Assembly (NCBI RefSeq): GCF_009914755.1
Contig: NC_060926.1
Strand: one strand, 5' to 3'
DNA: 64,000 nt
Source of the DNA: the human T2T-CHM13v2.0 reference genome, Homo sapiens
Shown here one piece after another: positions 1-13,189 of this stretch. The stretch's first letter is position 1. Each line of letters starts with the position of its first letter. Under the pieces are notes generated by a model. The model saw only the letters and a program-made list of their open reading frames with translations, was not told the origin of the DNA and did not search any database. The position numbers and the translations under genes are program-made.

Positions 1-35
1 CTTGCACAGGTGAAGAGGTATGTATCATTACTTGC

Positions 36-281
36 CTAAGATTTTTTTTAAGTTATTAATTATCAAAGCCAGAATTCTCAAAGTCCAAGGTCCATACACT
101 GGATGCAATGTTGTGCATCTTTTCCTGGAGCCACAGGATAGGAGTTTTGCCAATGTGTTGACAAGGGCCTCTGACATTACAGCATCCCACAGTCATATAT
201 TGCAGACCAGGCATTTTACTACTTTATGAGCAGAATCTGCTTCAATACAGCAGCAGCTGAATTTGCAGTTCACAAAGAAGA
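36..281 (-). pseudogene. Pseudo-exon, 246 nt, phase 1-1: FFFVNCKFSCCCIEADSAHKVVKCLVCNI*LWDAVMSEALVNTLAKLLSCGSRKRCTTLHPVYGPWTLRILALIINNLKKIL
   Basis: Acceptor tatgtttgttccag; donor AG|gcaagt (GC type or decayed GT); one TGA in ~82 codons; phase matches exon 386-432 across a 104-nt intron. Confidence 0.65.
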
Positions 282-385
282 CTGGAACAAACATAGCCTG
301 CAATGTTTATTTTATGTTCATATTATTTACCAAGAGAAACCATGCTCAGTTGTCCCAAAATGAGATGACATTGACAAGTTCTTAC

Positions 386-432
386 ATTCAGCATTTAATG
401 AGTAAATCCACAGTCTATGTGAATCCCATTGT
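386..432 (-). pseudogene. Pseudo-exon, 47 nt, phase 2-1: (R)QWDSHRLWIYSLNAE
   Basis: Strong acceptor ttttatttccctcactttcaag, donor gtaaga; open in the frame set by its neighbours. Confidence 0.7.
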
Positions 433-1099
433 CTTGAAAGTGAGGGAAATAAAACCACCAAGGGCCTCATTGACTTCAGAATTATGAGAAGTCCCTGACT
501 ATATTACAGACTATTTATCCAAATAAATTTCTGATTATTCCACAATATGTCAATTCCAAGTGCCTACACACATGCTTCAGTTGCTCCTTGGGGGCCATTT
601 TTCTACATAGAACGTGTTCCTGGAAAATACAGAACGTGATGAGAGAGCCTTGCTAAGCTGAGCAAGATGGGTGTGAGGGTGGGCAGCTATTCTTCAGGCA
701 TTTGGGAAATTCTGAACGTAGAGCCTGAGCCACTTAAAAACTGTAGACCAATAATGCACGTGTGGCTGTCAGTGGAGGCCTGGTATGATAGAATTAAGCA
801 GCAGCACTAAGGAAATCTGAGCATGTTCATTTGGGCATTTTTGAAGCACCTCAGACTAAGTGAGTTAAATGGTGATTATTGCTTTGCTTGGAAATATGAA
901 CTGAGCAGCTCTATTTTTATTTAAAAATTTTTTATGACAAAGGTTATATGGGTTTATTGTATACAAAGAAATATAAACAAAAAAGATGAAAACTAAACTA
1001 AAGCCACTAATCAGTATGATCATTTTTACATATGCATATCCAGATTTTTTGTATTTATTCATTCAATTTTATTTAAATATTACCTATAAGCCAGGCATA

Positions 1100-1750
1100 T
1101 CTCTAAGTACTAGAAATGCAGGGAAGATAATATTTTTATCCATAGGTGATATGTATACATATTTTTAACAAAAATTGCACTCATACAGAGTACATACATT
1201 TAACCTTACCTTTTGTCAGTCAACAATGTCATGTAAATTCACGTAAAGACATAAACTTAAAAATGTAATTTCAGTGGCTATGATTACATTGAATGGCCAT
1301 GCAGTAGCTTATTTAACCAATATTTCTTTTTTTTGCATTGGAACTAGTTTCTAATTTTCCCCTATTAAAAATATCCTGATCAAGATGTTTGTAAAAACTG
1401 TCCACATTGTATTGGATAAATAATTAAATGTGGGTTTTATGGATCAAGAGAATGGGTCAAAAACATGGCAGTCATGTTTTTAAGGTTTCAAACAGGTTCC
1501 AAATGTCCTCCAAAAATATTTATCCAAGTTGTGTAATTCCTAAAAGGACATGCAAGTGCCTATTTCCTCACAACCTTGACAATCTTAATAATGTAATAAA
1601 AAACTAGATTTTATGAAAAGAGAGTATCTTATTTAGTTGTATTTTCCCTGTTTTTGATTACTAATTGAACAGTTTTTCATAAGCATATTGCCTATTTGTA
1701 TTTATTACTTTTCTGTTTTCTACTGATTTTTTAAAATTTTCTAATATAAG
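1100..1750 (-). mobile_element. Old L1M-type LINE fragment
   Basis: Degenerate antisense L1 3'-end phrases (cagtagcttatttaacc, cctatttcctcacaacc, ttttgattactaa); boundaries approximate. Confidence 0.5.
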
Positions 1751-3469
1751 TTGTTAGCAGTCTTGGGGTGTTTGGGATAAATAATTTATGCTTATTTCCT
1801 TTAAGAAATTAATACTTCAGATTGGAGAATAAAACTACTGAAGAGTTTAAGAAATAAGCTGACAAAGTACAGAATCTTCATACCCAAGTTCATATCGTAA
1901 AATGTCCAGGACAACAATAAGTCAATGCCAAACTGAAGTGCATAGAAGGCTGAGATAATCCATGGGGCGTGGCTTCCCAAGTTTGCAAAAAGAAGGGGCT
2001 GGGCCGCCTGATACAGGGGAACATGCTGGCTGGGACTGGTTGTCCAGCAACGCAGCTCCCCTCTGTTCCAGGCTTCTTAGCAGAGGTGGCCAATGAAGGT
2101 CTCTGGAACTCCATTCTCTCATTTCTAACACAGAGGTAGACAAGATGCTGCTTTTCCCTCTAAAATTCTAGGGAGCCACATACAGAAGAGGTTACCGAAG
2201 AGAACAGAAAAAAAAAGGGATGAAGCATCAGAGTCGGAGAAACACAGATAACATAGAGAGAGGCATTCCAGATAGAAATGCAGTGTGCCATCACGTAGAA
2301 ATGTGGAAGAGCGTGGGACACAGCAAAGAGTTGGGTGTGAGCTGAGAGGAGCAGGAGATGAGACTATGGAGAAAGGCAGCACCTGATGATGAAGGACCAC
2401 GGAAGGAAGATAGGATGATATGGCTTTAGACTTCATTCTGTAGTTAAGAAAGGAATTACTGAAGAGTTTTAAGTGAGCGAGTCATAAAAAGAGATTTAAG
2501 GAATTATTTTTTAACTATCTAAAACCAAACCAAACAAAACAAACTTTGGCAGTGATACGAGATCTGATTAGAAGCCTGGAGGAAGGGCTCCCAAGTCAGA
2601 GGCTGTCTATTGCAAAGTCAGTAGAGAAATAACGTGGGTCTGAACTAAGGCAGTGGCACAAACTGCAAATGATACTAAAGACTGAAACTTCCCCTAAAGC
2701 GAATAAGATTTTCTAGAAAGATAATGCTAATAAGAATAATAGGGGAAAAAGAATAGGGCAAAATTTTAATAGCGATATTAACTCCTTAACATTGCCATTG
2801 ATCAAAATTGACAAAGTGTGCCCTCTCATTTCATATTAGTTATATGCTCAACCAATTTTCTTTAAGCTAACCATAGCTGAGATTATCAGTAGGTATTTTT
2901 AACAGCCATATGCGGGGGGCATTTTCACAGTGCATAAAGTGCTAACATGAGTGCTATAAAACCACTGATTACTGTGAAGTTCTTCTAGCCAAGATCACTG
3001 CCTCTGCTTCAGGAAAGAACTGAGTAGTTGGGGGAGATGACTATGACAGGAAGGATCTGAGCATTCCTTTAGCCCAGGATCCAAATCCACTGAAATCTTA
3101 AGAGAACCAAATTCTTGGCCCACCTCCTGCTAACAGATATGGTTTCCTAGAGGGCCTGGTGGGTCTCCCTCCACAGATACTAGGCAAATTCACATCTTTG
3201 GGTTAGAGGGTCAACTGTGCTATGACTAGTTGTTTCTGGCCTATTTCCAAAAAAAAGACCTACTGAGAATCATTCCTGGTGCTGGTTTAGAACTGGCTCA
3301 AATCTTCTTCCCTCAATTCTCCACTTCACACCTACACTCCTGACCAAAATTTCTGCTTAGAATATGCCTACAGAGACATTACTTTGATCCTAGCTTCTTA
3401 ATCAAGTCATTAAAGCAAAAAGTCCCAAACAATCTCAGTAAGAATAAGCTGTTTATGTGATTGAATTCA

Positions 3470-3600
3470 TTTAGGTACCACTACTACCTGTGAAGAAGGT
3501 CCAAATATTATCCTGATTTTACAGATGAGAAACTGAGGTCCAAAGAAGCTAGTGAGATTGGCCAAGGTATCACGTCTAGTAAAGAGTAATACCTAGGAGA
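3470..3600. mobile_element. MIR SINE fragment
   Basis: MIR core ttttacagatgagaaactgaggtc...ccaaggtatcac. Confidence 0.7.
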
Positions 3601-3685
3601 TTTACCCAGGTTGGGCTCCAGGGCCTTGGTGATACTTCCACACTGTGGAACAGAGATGTTGTTCTTTTTCAAATGGTCACCATAC

Positions 3686-3825
3686 CTAGAGTTGAACTGA
3701 TAATTTAAAAGAAGGAATTTGCCAAGATGAATTGTAATCCTATTTTAGAAGTGGTCATTTTCAACATCTCAGAATCCTCATGGTCCAGGTGGCCTCGGGT
3801 GCCCAACATATTATAGAGACCTTTT
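3686..3825 (-). pseudogene. Pseudo-exon, 140 nt, phase 0-2: KRSL*YVGHPRPPGP*GF*DVENDHF*NRITIHLGKFLLLNYQFNS
   Basis: Acceptor ttctgtttgtctcag, donor AG|gtatgg. Frame ambiguous: an alternative frame GLYNMLGTRGHLDHEDSEMLKMTTSKIGLQFILANSFF is open for ~39 codons. Confidence 0.6.
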
Positions 3826-4281
3826 CTGAGACAAACAGAATTCAGGGTCACTGGCTTTCAAGAAAGGGAGCAACACTTATCTTTTTAAGGAGATCTTTAA
3901 ATTCAGATATACATGAGATTTCATTCTGAATAGAATAATTGTATAATGTCCTAAGAGATCAGTTTATTTTATTGATTTAAGCAGGAATTAAGTATTTAGG
4001 TGACAGTTATTTATTGAGCGCTTTTCAGATGAAAGTCAGTTGCTATTGACATTTCTTTCTAAATACTAATGCAGTAGAGCCACAAAATGAGAACTCACAA
4101 AAGAGTTGTGGATGGGACACATATTTGGATAAAGGATCTTTATAATTGGAGGAAGGAAAGCTTAAATACATACACATGTGCTCCTAAGGACTTTTTGGTG
4201 AAACATAGTGATCTATCACACACAACAGCTAAGATATACATACATACATATACGTGCACATACACGTTACTACTAGGATGA

Positions 4282-6552
4282 TGGATTAGTCTGTTTTTCA
4301 TGCTGCTGATAAAGACAAACCTGAGACTGGGAAGAAAAAGAGGTTTAATTGGACTTACAGTTCCAAGTGGCTGGGGAAGTTCTCACAATCATGGCAGAGG
4401 GCTAAAGGCACTTCTTATTTGGCAGCAGCAAGAGAGAATGAGGAAGAAGCAAAAGTGGAAACCCCTGATAAACCCATCAGATCTTGTGAAACTTAATTCA
4501 CTATCACGACAATGGCATGGGAAAGACCCGCTGCCATGATTCAATTACCTCCCCTTGGGTCCCTCCCACAACATGTGGGAATTCTGGGAGATAAAATTCA
4601 GGTTAAGAATTAGGTGGGAACACAGGCAAACCATGTCATTCTGCCCCTGGCCCCTCCACATCTCATGTCCTCACATTTCAAAACCAATCATGCCTTCAAA
4701 GCAGTCCCCCAAAGTCTTAACTCATTTTAACATTAACCCAAAACTCCACAGTTTAAAGTCTCATCTGAGACAAGGCACGTCCCTTCTGCCTATGAGCCTG
4801 TAAAATCAAAAGCAAGCTAGTTACTTTCTAAATACAATGGGGGTACAGGTATTGGGTAAATACAGCTGTTCAACTGGGAGAAATTGGCCAAAACAAAGGG
4901 GTTACAGGCCCCATGAAAGTCCAAAATCCAGCAGGGCAGTCAAATTTTAAAGCTCCAAAATGATCTCCTTTGACTCCAGGTCTCACATCCAGGTCATGCT
5001 GATGCAAGAGGTGGGTTCCCATGGTCTTGGGCAGCTCTGCCCCCATGGCTTTGCAGGGTACAGCCTCCCTGCTGGCTGCTTTCACGGCTGGCATTGACTG
5101 TCTGTGGCTTTTCCAGGCACATGGTGCAAGCTGTCAGTAGATCTACCATTCTGGGGTCTGGAGGACTGTGGCCCTCTTCTCACAACTCCACTAAACAGTG
5201 CCCCAGGAGGGACTCTGTGTGGGGGCTCTGACCCCACATTTCCCTTCTGCACTGCCCTAGCAGAGTTCTCCATGAGGGCCCCTGCCCCTGCAGCAAATTT
5301 TTGCCTGGGTATCCAGGCGTTTCCATACATCTTCTGAAATCTAGGCAGAGATTCCCAAAACTCAGTTGTTGATTTCTGTGTAGCCACAGGCTCAACACCA
5401 TGTGGAAGCTGCCAAGTCTTGGGGTTTCCACCCTCTGAAGCCACAGCCTGAGCTCTATGTTGCCCCTTTCAGCCACAGCTGGAGTGGCTGGGACACAGGG
5501 CACCAAGTCCCTAGGCACACAGCATTGGGACCTGGGGCCCAGCCCACAAAACCACTTTATCCTCCTGGGCCTCCAGGCCTGTGATGGGAGGGGCTCCCAT
5601 GAAGGTCTCTGACATGGTTTGGAGACATTTTCCCCATGGTCTTGGGGATTAACATTAGGCTCCTTGCTACTTATGCAAATTTCTGCAGCCAGCTTGAATT
5701 TTTCCTCAGAAAATGGGTTTTTCTTTTCTACTGCATTATCAGGCTATGAATTTTCTGAACTTTTATGCTCTGTTTCTCTTTTAAAACTGAATACTTTTAA
5801 CAGCAGCCAAGTCACCTTTTGAATGCTTTGCTGCTTAGAAATTTCTTCTGCCAGATACCCTAAATTATCTCCCTCAAGTTCAAAGTTCCATAAATCTCTA
5901 GGGCAGGGGCAAAATACCACCAGTCTCTTTGCTAAAACATAGCAAGAGTCACCTGTGCACCAGTTCCCAACAAGTTCCTCATCTCCATCTGAGACCACCT
6001 CAGCCTGGACATTATTGTTCATATCACTATCAGCATTTTTGTCAAAGCCATTCATCAAGTCTCTAGGAGGTTCCAAACTTTCCGACATTTTCCTGTCTTC
6101 TTCTGAGCACTCCAAATTGTTCCAACCTCTGCCTGTGACCCAGTTCCAAAGTAGCTTCCAAATTTTTGAGTATCTTTTCAGCAACATCCCACTCTACTGT
6201 ACCAATTTACTGTATTCATCCATTTTCATGCTGCTGATAAAGACATACCCGAGACTGGGAAGAAAAAGAGGTTTGATTGGACTTACAGTTCTACGTGGCT
6301 GGGGAGGCCTCAGAATCATGGCAAGAGGGAAAAGCCATGTCTTACATGGCAGCAGCAAGAGAAAATGAGAAAGAAGCAAAAGTGGAAATCCCTGATAAAT
6401 CCATCAGATCTCATGAGACTTATTCACTGTCATGAGAATAGCACGGGAAAGACCAGCCTCCATAATTCAATTACTCCTTCCACAACATATGGGAATTCTG
6501 GGAGGTACAATCCAACTTGAGATTTGGGTGGGGATACAACCAAACCATATCA
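4282..6552 (-). mobile_element. Full-length THE1 (THE1C-like) MaLR LTR retroelement: LTR 4282-4638, internal 4639-6210, LTR 6211-6552
   Basis: Two homologous LTRs (tg.att..tc..ttttcatgctgctgataaagac...caaaccat.tca); 5-bp TSD GATGA at 4277-4281 and 6553-6557; ORFs 5082-5444 and 5744-6187 are typical THE1 internal-ORF fragments. Confidence 0.95.
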
Positions 6553-6828
6553 GATGACAACCTATTTGCCCATCTCCTTAATGGAAATTTAATGCTTCCA
6601 CTCTAGTTTATTGTGATAACATAGATCTAAAATATATCCCCCAATACAAAACCTTACATAACATATGGGTTCAATGATTACTGATTTAAATATTTGCTTT
6701 GAATTTGAATAAGACTTGGAATCTTTAAAAAATAAAACTACTGTGATTTTAAGAATTATGCTATATGGGATATAAAAAAAGCAAAAACATTATTTCGATG
6801 AACCCTTTCTAGCATACATACACCTTAC

Positions 6829-7054
6829 ATCAAGAAGAACTATTTGCTCAGAAAGTGGTAATTTCCATTTTAAATGAATCTGAGATTTCAACTATTTTTA
6901 GTGGTACAAAATTTTTACAACCTTTGACTCAGTACCTCCTACTAAACGCATCCTTTCAAAAGCACGGAATGTTGAAGGTCTGTCTATATTATTCAAACCA
7001 GCAATTAGATCCAGATGTTACTGCACTTTATATTTAGATACCACATTTCAATAT
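6829..7054 (-). pseudogene. Pseudo-exon, 226 nt, phase 2-0: Y*NVVSKYKVQ*HLDLIAGLNNIDRPSTFRAFERMRLVGGTESKVVKILYH*K*LKSQIHLKWKLPLSEQIVLLD
   Basis: Strong acceptor ttctttcttttttag, donor gtaagg; phase fits both neighbours. Confidence 0.68.
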
Positions 7055-8279
7055 CTAAAAAAGAAAGAATGCTTATGAAGGACAGAGAGAATAATTTATA
7101 AATGCAATTAAAGCATATTGTTTAGACTCCTTCTCACTAATTTACCTGATTGCAAAGTAAAATTAAAAGAATTCATATTTAAATGTAAAATTGGGCCAAT
7201 GAGTAATGAAATTTTTCAAACTGTGTGTACAAGGAAAAGAATACCAAGTATACAATGGTTGTGTCACATACAGTCTGTCGATTTTATAGCTTTGCTATAA
7301 TATCTTCCAGCTTTTTTGTAAGGCAGTCAAATTCTAGATAGTATGATGGATACATTTATATTAATTTTAAAGAAAATATATGGAATGATTATTAAAGAGC
7401 AACTTGAAACTAACTACATGTTATATATAGTAGCAAAGCTGCTAATAGAGATCTATAAATCTTGCTGATGTGATATGCTTTCTTGGCTTGGAATGTTCTT
7501 CATTTAGGGAAATAATAGAATGGAAATGCTATGTTCCAGCTAATGCTACTTGAAAAACCATAGTATATATATGGAAACTGGATATAGGTATATCATACAA
7601 AATATAACTTATTCTTAAGTTTGGTTGACCAGGCTAAGAAAGAAATAGAATGGCTAGGTAGCCCTCCCCTTTAATGATCAAATGATCTAAGTACTTGTTT
7701 AAATTGAGCCAATATGCTATGGCATTTTTGTGGCAGTGGGTATTCTTAATTATAGCTTTGGCTTTGGGTAATAATAAGTGGGTTGGCCTTTTCTAAGGGT
7801 ATACCAATGGCTGGTAGCATAGAGGTAGTCTGCATTACTTGCCACTAGCAGAGGAGCCTGCAATGGGTTAATAGCTGGATGCCACGAGAGCTGTACAGGG
7901 TTGAGAACTGGAACCAACAATCAGGTGAGAAGTTGCTAAACTAGTGAGTAGTGAATGACCATTGATTCTTGCAGCTCTGTGCCAGAAAGACACCATTGTA
8001 TCCAAATAATTGCCAGAATACAAGGCTAACAATACTCTCTGGTCTCTAATTAATTGTTCATGATTCAAGTGATTAACATATGCTACCATGTTCTTTAATG
8101 TTACTGTTCAGGTTATTACAGCACACAAACTTAAGGGTAAACAGGAATAATTCACTCTTTCATTCACAATATTAGGTATCCACTTTATACTGGTCACTAA
8201 TATGTATGCTGAAGCTTTTATATTAATTAGAATTAGTTTCCTCTGTGATCTCAAAAATATGAAAATAATTATAGCTCAA

Positions 8280-8525
8280 ATAATAACAGATACTATTTAC
8301 ATAGGGCTTATGACATGCCAGATACTATCCTAAGCATTTTACATACATTATCTCATTTAACCCTCGCAGCAACTTCATGAGTTAGGCATTTTTATTAGCC
8401 CATTTTGTAACTGAGCATATAAAGGCACGACTTGTTAATTTGCTCAAGGTCACACAGCTAGTAAGAAATAGAGCAAAGACTCAATCAAACCAATCTGGTT
8501 TCAGAGTTCATTCTTAACCATAGTA
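8280..8525. mobile_element. MIR SINE
   Basis: tatctcatttaaccctc...cccattttg...ttgctcaaggtcacacagctagtaag. Confidence 0.75.
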
Positions 8526-9352
8526 CATATTCTGCCCATGTATAATTCCAGGTAAGCAGGGTAGGCCAAGTTGATATTGTGAAAACACAGCCACCAAAGC
8601 CAAAGTTTCCATTATCTTGCTGTTATGCTATTTCTATATCTGCCAGTTTCTAAAATGCAAATTTCTACATCCTGTTCCAAAATGGCTATGCTAGCACCAA
8701 CCATTATCTTTATTCCAGCAAGCAGGAAGAACTATTTTCTTTTAAGGATTCTTCCCAGAGGCTTCCTTCACAAGCAAATTAAGCTTGTGCATCTCATTGA
8801 TCAAAATTTAGTCATATGATTGTAAGGGAGTCCAAGATGTATAGTCTTTGTTCTAAGTGATCCACACCCAGTTGTTATTTGATAAGCTGATACTGACGAA
8901 AAAGGGAAGAGCGGCATTCTCCGTCAAAATATTGAAAAAACAGCCCTAAAACAACTGCTGTTTTCAGAATATTTCTATTATTGCCCCTAGTATATTTTTC
9001 ATTCTACATCATGTTCTGTTTGAATCTAGATGCCTTTGGGGTCATTGGTAGACTGTGATTCTGTCGGCTTTTCCTCATGTGATCACTGATAAGAAGACAG
9101 CACCTGTGTCTAAGACATGTTAGCAAACCGGAAAACAGTTACACTCCTCATACCACAGATCACCACTAGTTCCCTCTATCCTTTTGGTAAAAAACTGATT
9201 GAGTGAGTTTTCATTATAATAAAGTATCTCTATTTATCAGATCAGGAAAAAGAGTTTGTATTGTTACAATTATTATATTTGTATACATGTTAATTCTAGG
9301 ACATTTGCAAAAGTCAAAACAAGAAAAAACGTTATTGCTTAAGAATGCAGAA

Positions 9353-9652
<300 letters not shown>

Positions 9653-9708
9653 GAATTCAGAAAGAATATACAAGACGGGGTATTTATCAGAGGCATGTTA
9701 AAAAATAC

Positions 9709-9876
9709 CCATGACACTGTATCAATGCATAAAGGAAATGCTGTTGGTTTGGAATGTTATGAAGATTTACGGTCCTTCCTCCTTCAAAAATGTATTCTTT
9801 TCAGTGTTCTGGAGTGCCTTTTCATCAGTCACACCAGGGTGATACCCACTAGTCAATATAATTCCTGTTTCATACA
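9709..9876 (-). pseudogene. Pseudo-exon, 168 nt, phase 2-2: V*NRNYID*WVSPWCD**KGTPEH*KEYIFEGGRTVNLHNIPNQQHFLYALIQCHG
   Basis: Acceptor ttttccttgattgttccgcag, donor GG|gtattt. The 5' half may instead read YETGIILTSGYHPGVTDEKALQNT with a frameshift. Confidence 0.62.
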
Positions 9877-10487
9877 CTGCGGAACAATCAAGGAAAAGTT
9901 CTTGTAATAGGTGCTGCTCTCTTGTTCACAACTTGTAGTTTGCTCATTAGTTAATGACTGTTCTTTGTACAGGAGACTTATTTTTTCTCTTTTCTGAAGT
10001 CTCTAATTACATTCTTTTAGAAGTTGAAAGGTGATGAGTAGGAGTTGTTGATACCATAAAATAGAATACCAAAGTCCCATAATTCCATGTTGCTGGAAAT
10101 AGTTTAAATTAATAGCAGGAAGCACTGTTCCCTCTTCCGTCCAAGAATATTAAAAAAAGGTGTTATCCTCAAAGGAGGTAGGGAATATGTAGATTAGTTT
10201 GTAAACACCAGATGCTGACCTGGAGACAATAGTAACTTTAGGGCATATATGAAATGCACAATTTATTTTCTGGTACCCTTCTCTGATTTCTGAACCCTTC
10301 CATTTTCTGCTGTCCTCTGCCTTCATATTCTCTCACAAGCTGTCTTACGTATCCACACTCCTGTTAAAAGGAGTGTTTAGTTTTGTGTTTTTACTAAAGC
10401 AAGACTCTTAGGAAAGTAGTTTTCAAAAAGAAGAATCCAAAGAATGCCTGTTCCAATGGAAACTTTTAGAGTTCTAGCACTTACAAA

Positions 10488-10570
10488 GGCCAGGCATGGT
10501 GGCTCATGCCTGTAATCCCAGCACTTTGGGAGGCCAAGGCGGGAGGATCACTTGAGGCCAGGAGTTTGGG
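10488..10570 (+). mobile_element. 3'-truncated Alu (5' ~83 nt only) with flanking direct repeats
   Basis: ggccaggcatggtggctcatgcctgtaatcccagcactttggg...caggagttt, no tail; TTCTAG(C/T)ACTTACAAA on both sides. Confidence 0.88.
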
Positions 10571-10965
10571 AATTCTAGTACTTACAAATAGAGGGAATTC
10601 TGAGTGACTATGCACTCCTGGTGTCATCTTCAATTTCTTCGTGAGCTAAGTGCTCCCATACTTGGCTTCCATGAGAATCACCTGGCTACACAGCCAGATT
10701 TGAAACCACTGACAATCTAGCACATATCCCATGAAAGATAAGGCTGCCCTTCCTTATAAAATGAATAGAGTTGACAGAAGATTTGGATGTTCTTTGAATC
10801 TACAAAGAACATGGTACTGAATTTTTTCATATGAAACTCTATGTGTTAAGTTGCCTATTATTAATTATCCAAAGAACAAGAACACAAAATGAATAGAATT
10901 CCTTTGTTCAATACTGTCTAATAATGATCAAGGTTCATAATAATAATCTTAAGGTACCATAAGAG

Positions 10966-11465
10966 AGCAGTCCTCAATCTTCTTGACACCAGTGTCCAGT
11001 TTTATGGAAGACAACTTTACCACAAACTAGCTGTGGGGGGATAGTTTGAAGATGATTCAAGCGCATTACCTTTATTGTGCACTTTATTTCTATTATTATT
11101 ACATTGTAATATATAATGAAATAATTATACAACTCATCAGAATGTAGAATCAGTGGGAGCCCTGAGCTTGTTTTTCTGCAACTGGACTGTCCCATCTGGG
11201 GGTGATGGGAGACAGTGACAAATCATCAGGCATTAGATTCTCATAAGGAACATCCAACCTACCTTTTTCACATGTGCAGTTCACAGTAGCATTTGTGCTC
11301 CTATGAGAATCTAATGCTGCCACTTATCTGACAGGAGGTGGAGCTTAGGCAGTAATGTGAGCCATGGGGAGCAGCTGTAAATACAGATGAAGCTTTGCTT
11401 GCTCACCTGCCGCTCACCTCCTGTTGTGTGGCCTGGTTTCTAATAGGCCACAGACTGATACTAGT
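10966..11465 (+). mobile_element. MER1A-like hAT-Charlie DNA transposon
   Basis: MER1 motifs: ggaagacaac, ttattacattgtaatatataatgaaataattatacaactc, atcaggcattagattctcataagg, gctcctatgagaatctaatgctgcc. Confidence 0.85.
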
Positions 11466-11689
11466 AATTTTTAATTCAGTAACATTTTATGTAGACCTTT
11501 TATGTATTCTAGTTCTTTGGAAGTTGGCATTTTATATGTACTGCGGTGACTTCATTTATCAGAATAATAACATAAATAACTCAGCACCCAATCATGCTGA
11601 ATAAAGGCAAGTGTGCTGGTTAGGCTAATGCAAAGCAATTGATACATGGCCTAAAAATGTTGAGCTCTACAAAAATTCGAAAGACCACA

Positions 11690-11915
11690 AAGCACAATAG
11701 GAAAGGGTATGGGCTTTGAACTCAGCAGACATGGGTGCAAATTTGTATTCACCAACTCATTAGCCATGTGAAAACAAGCTAGCCTCTTTCTTCAGTCTGA
11801 CTCCTGTCTGCAAAACATAAATACACCTTTCTCTCAGGGTTGGCCAGCAAATTCAATGAGATAATGTTTGCAGAGTGCCTGATACAAAGTCAACATTTAA
11901 TACATGATAAATATT
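11690..11915 (+). mobile_element. MIR SINE
   Basis: gggctttgaactcag...ctgtctgcaaaa...caatgagataatg. Confidence 0.6.
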
Positions 11916-12334
11916 ACTATTTGTGGGGGACAGAAATGAGAAAATCAGAAGCTTCAAGGTACACCTTAGAGACCTAAAATTGAGGTTATCACTGGGCTTT
12001 TTAATACCAAGTCTTGGCCACAGCACGACAACTCTGAAGGAGATCTTGAATGTGGCCTAAAAAGTTCAGGTGTTTTTGATGGACGTTGTCAGCAAACATC
12101 ACTGAAATTCTCAGCACTTGAGGACTTTCAGCCTGAACTTGAGGGCTGCTTTATCAGTTTCCCTTATCCTTCACCTAAACATTCCCTTTTGTGAAGAAAG
12201 TCTTCCCTACTTCCCAGGAGTTAAACACCACTCCATTTCCTGTGCTTAATCAGAATACCGTTGGAAGTTAGCTCAGAAGAAGGGCAGTTTGTTCCTCCCA
12301 CTTTAAGCCAATGAGAAATAGTATCAGCAGACCC

Positions 12335-12667
<333 letters not shown>

Positions 12668-13189
12668 TTTATTTTGAAATATAATTTCCCTCTTGCACAT
12701 CTTAACCAATTCTGACGGCCAAATAATGAAGGTATTAATACTTCATAGGAGCCTCAGTTTCCCCATTCTTCCAATAAAGTTTGTAATCCCTACCTAAGAA
12801 GACATAAACTTCAATCATGCACCACTGACTCTAAGTGAGACTCAGAAAAGGAAGGATGGTGTCAGAAAATTAAGCAGTCATGGAATCTGTAAAGGTCGTT
12901 AAATGACTTGTAATAAGGTGGTAAGCATCACCTCTAAAATTTTAAGTCACATTTCCTACCCAACACAAAACACAACTATGACTATGGATGAAAAGATCCC
13001 CATCTTGCAAATCAAGAAAGTAAGGCCACCTAATATAAGTGAACCAGGGAAAAGTTCAGTTCCTCATGGCAGAAGCATCTTGATAAAAACGAAGCTGCCT
13101 ATAGTTCTACAAGCCTTTCCTTTAGCAGCTCATATGCAGGGCTGGTCTCCAATACACACAAAGATATAAAGGCTAATGCAGAGATAATT

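Noticed and set aside
3264-3367. Candidate minus-strand exon HILSRNFGQECRCEVEN...
   Set aside because: Weak acceptor, and including it breaks the open frame of exon 386-432.
4300-6379. Cluster of overlapping ORFs up to 147 aa
   Set aside because: All lie within the THE1 element; they are retroelement internal-ORF remnants, not a host gene.
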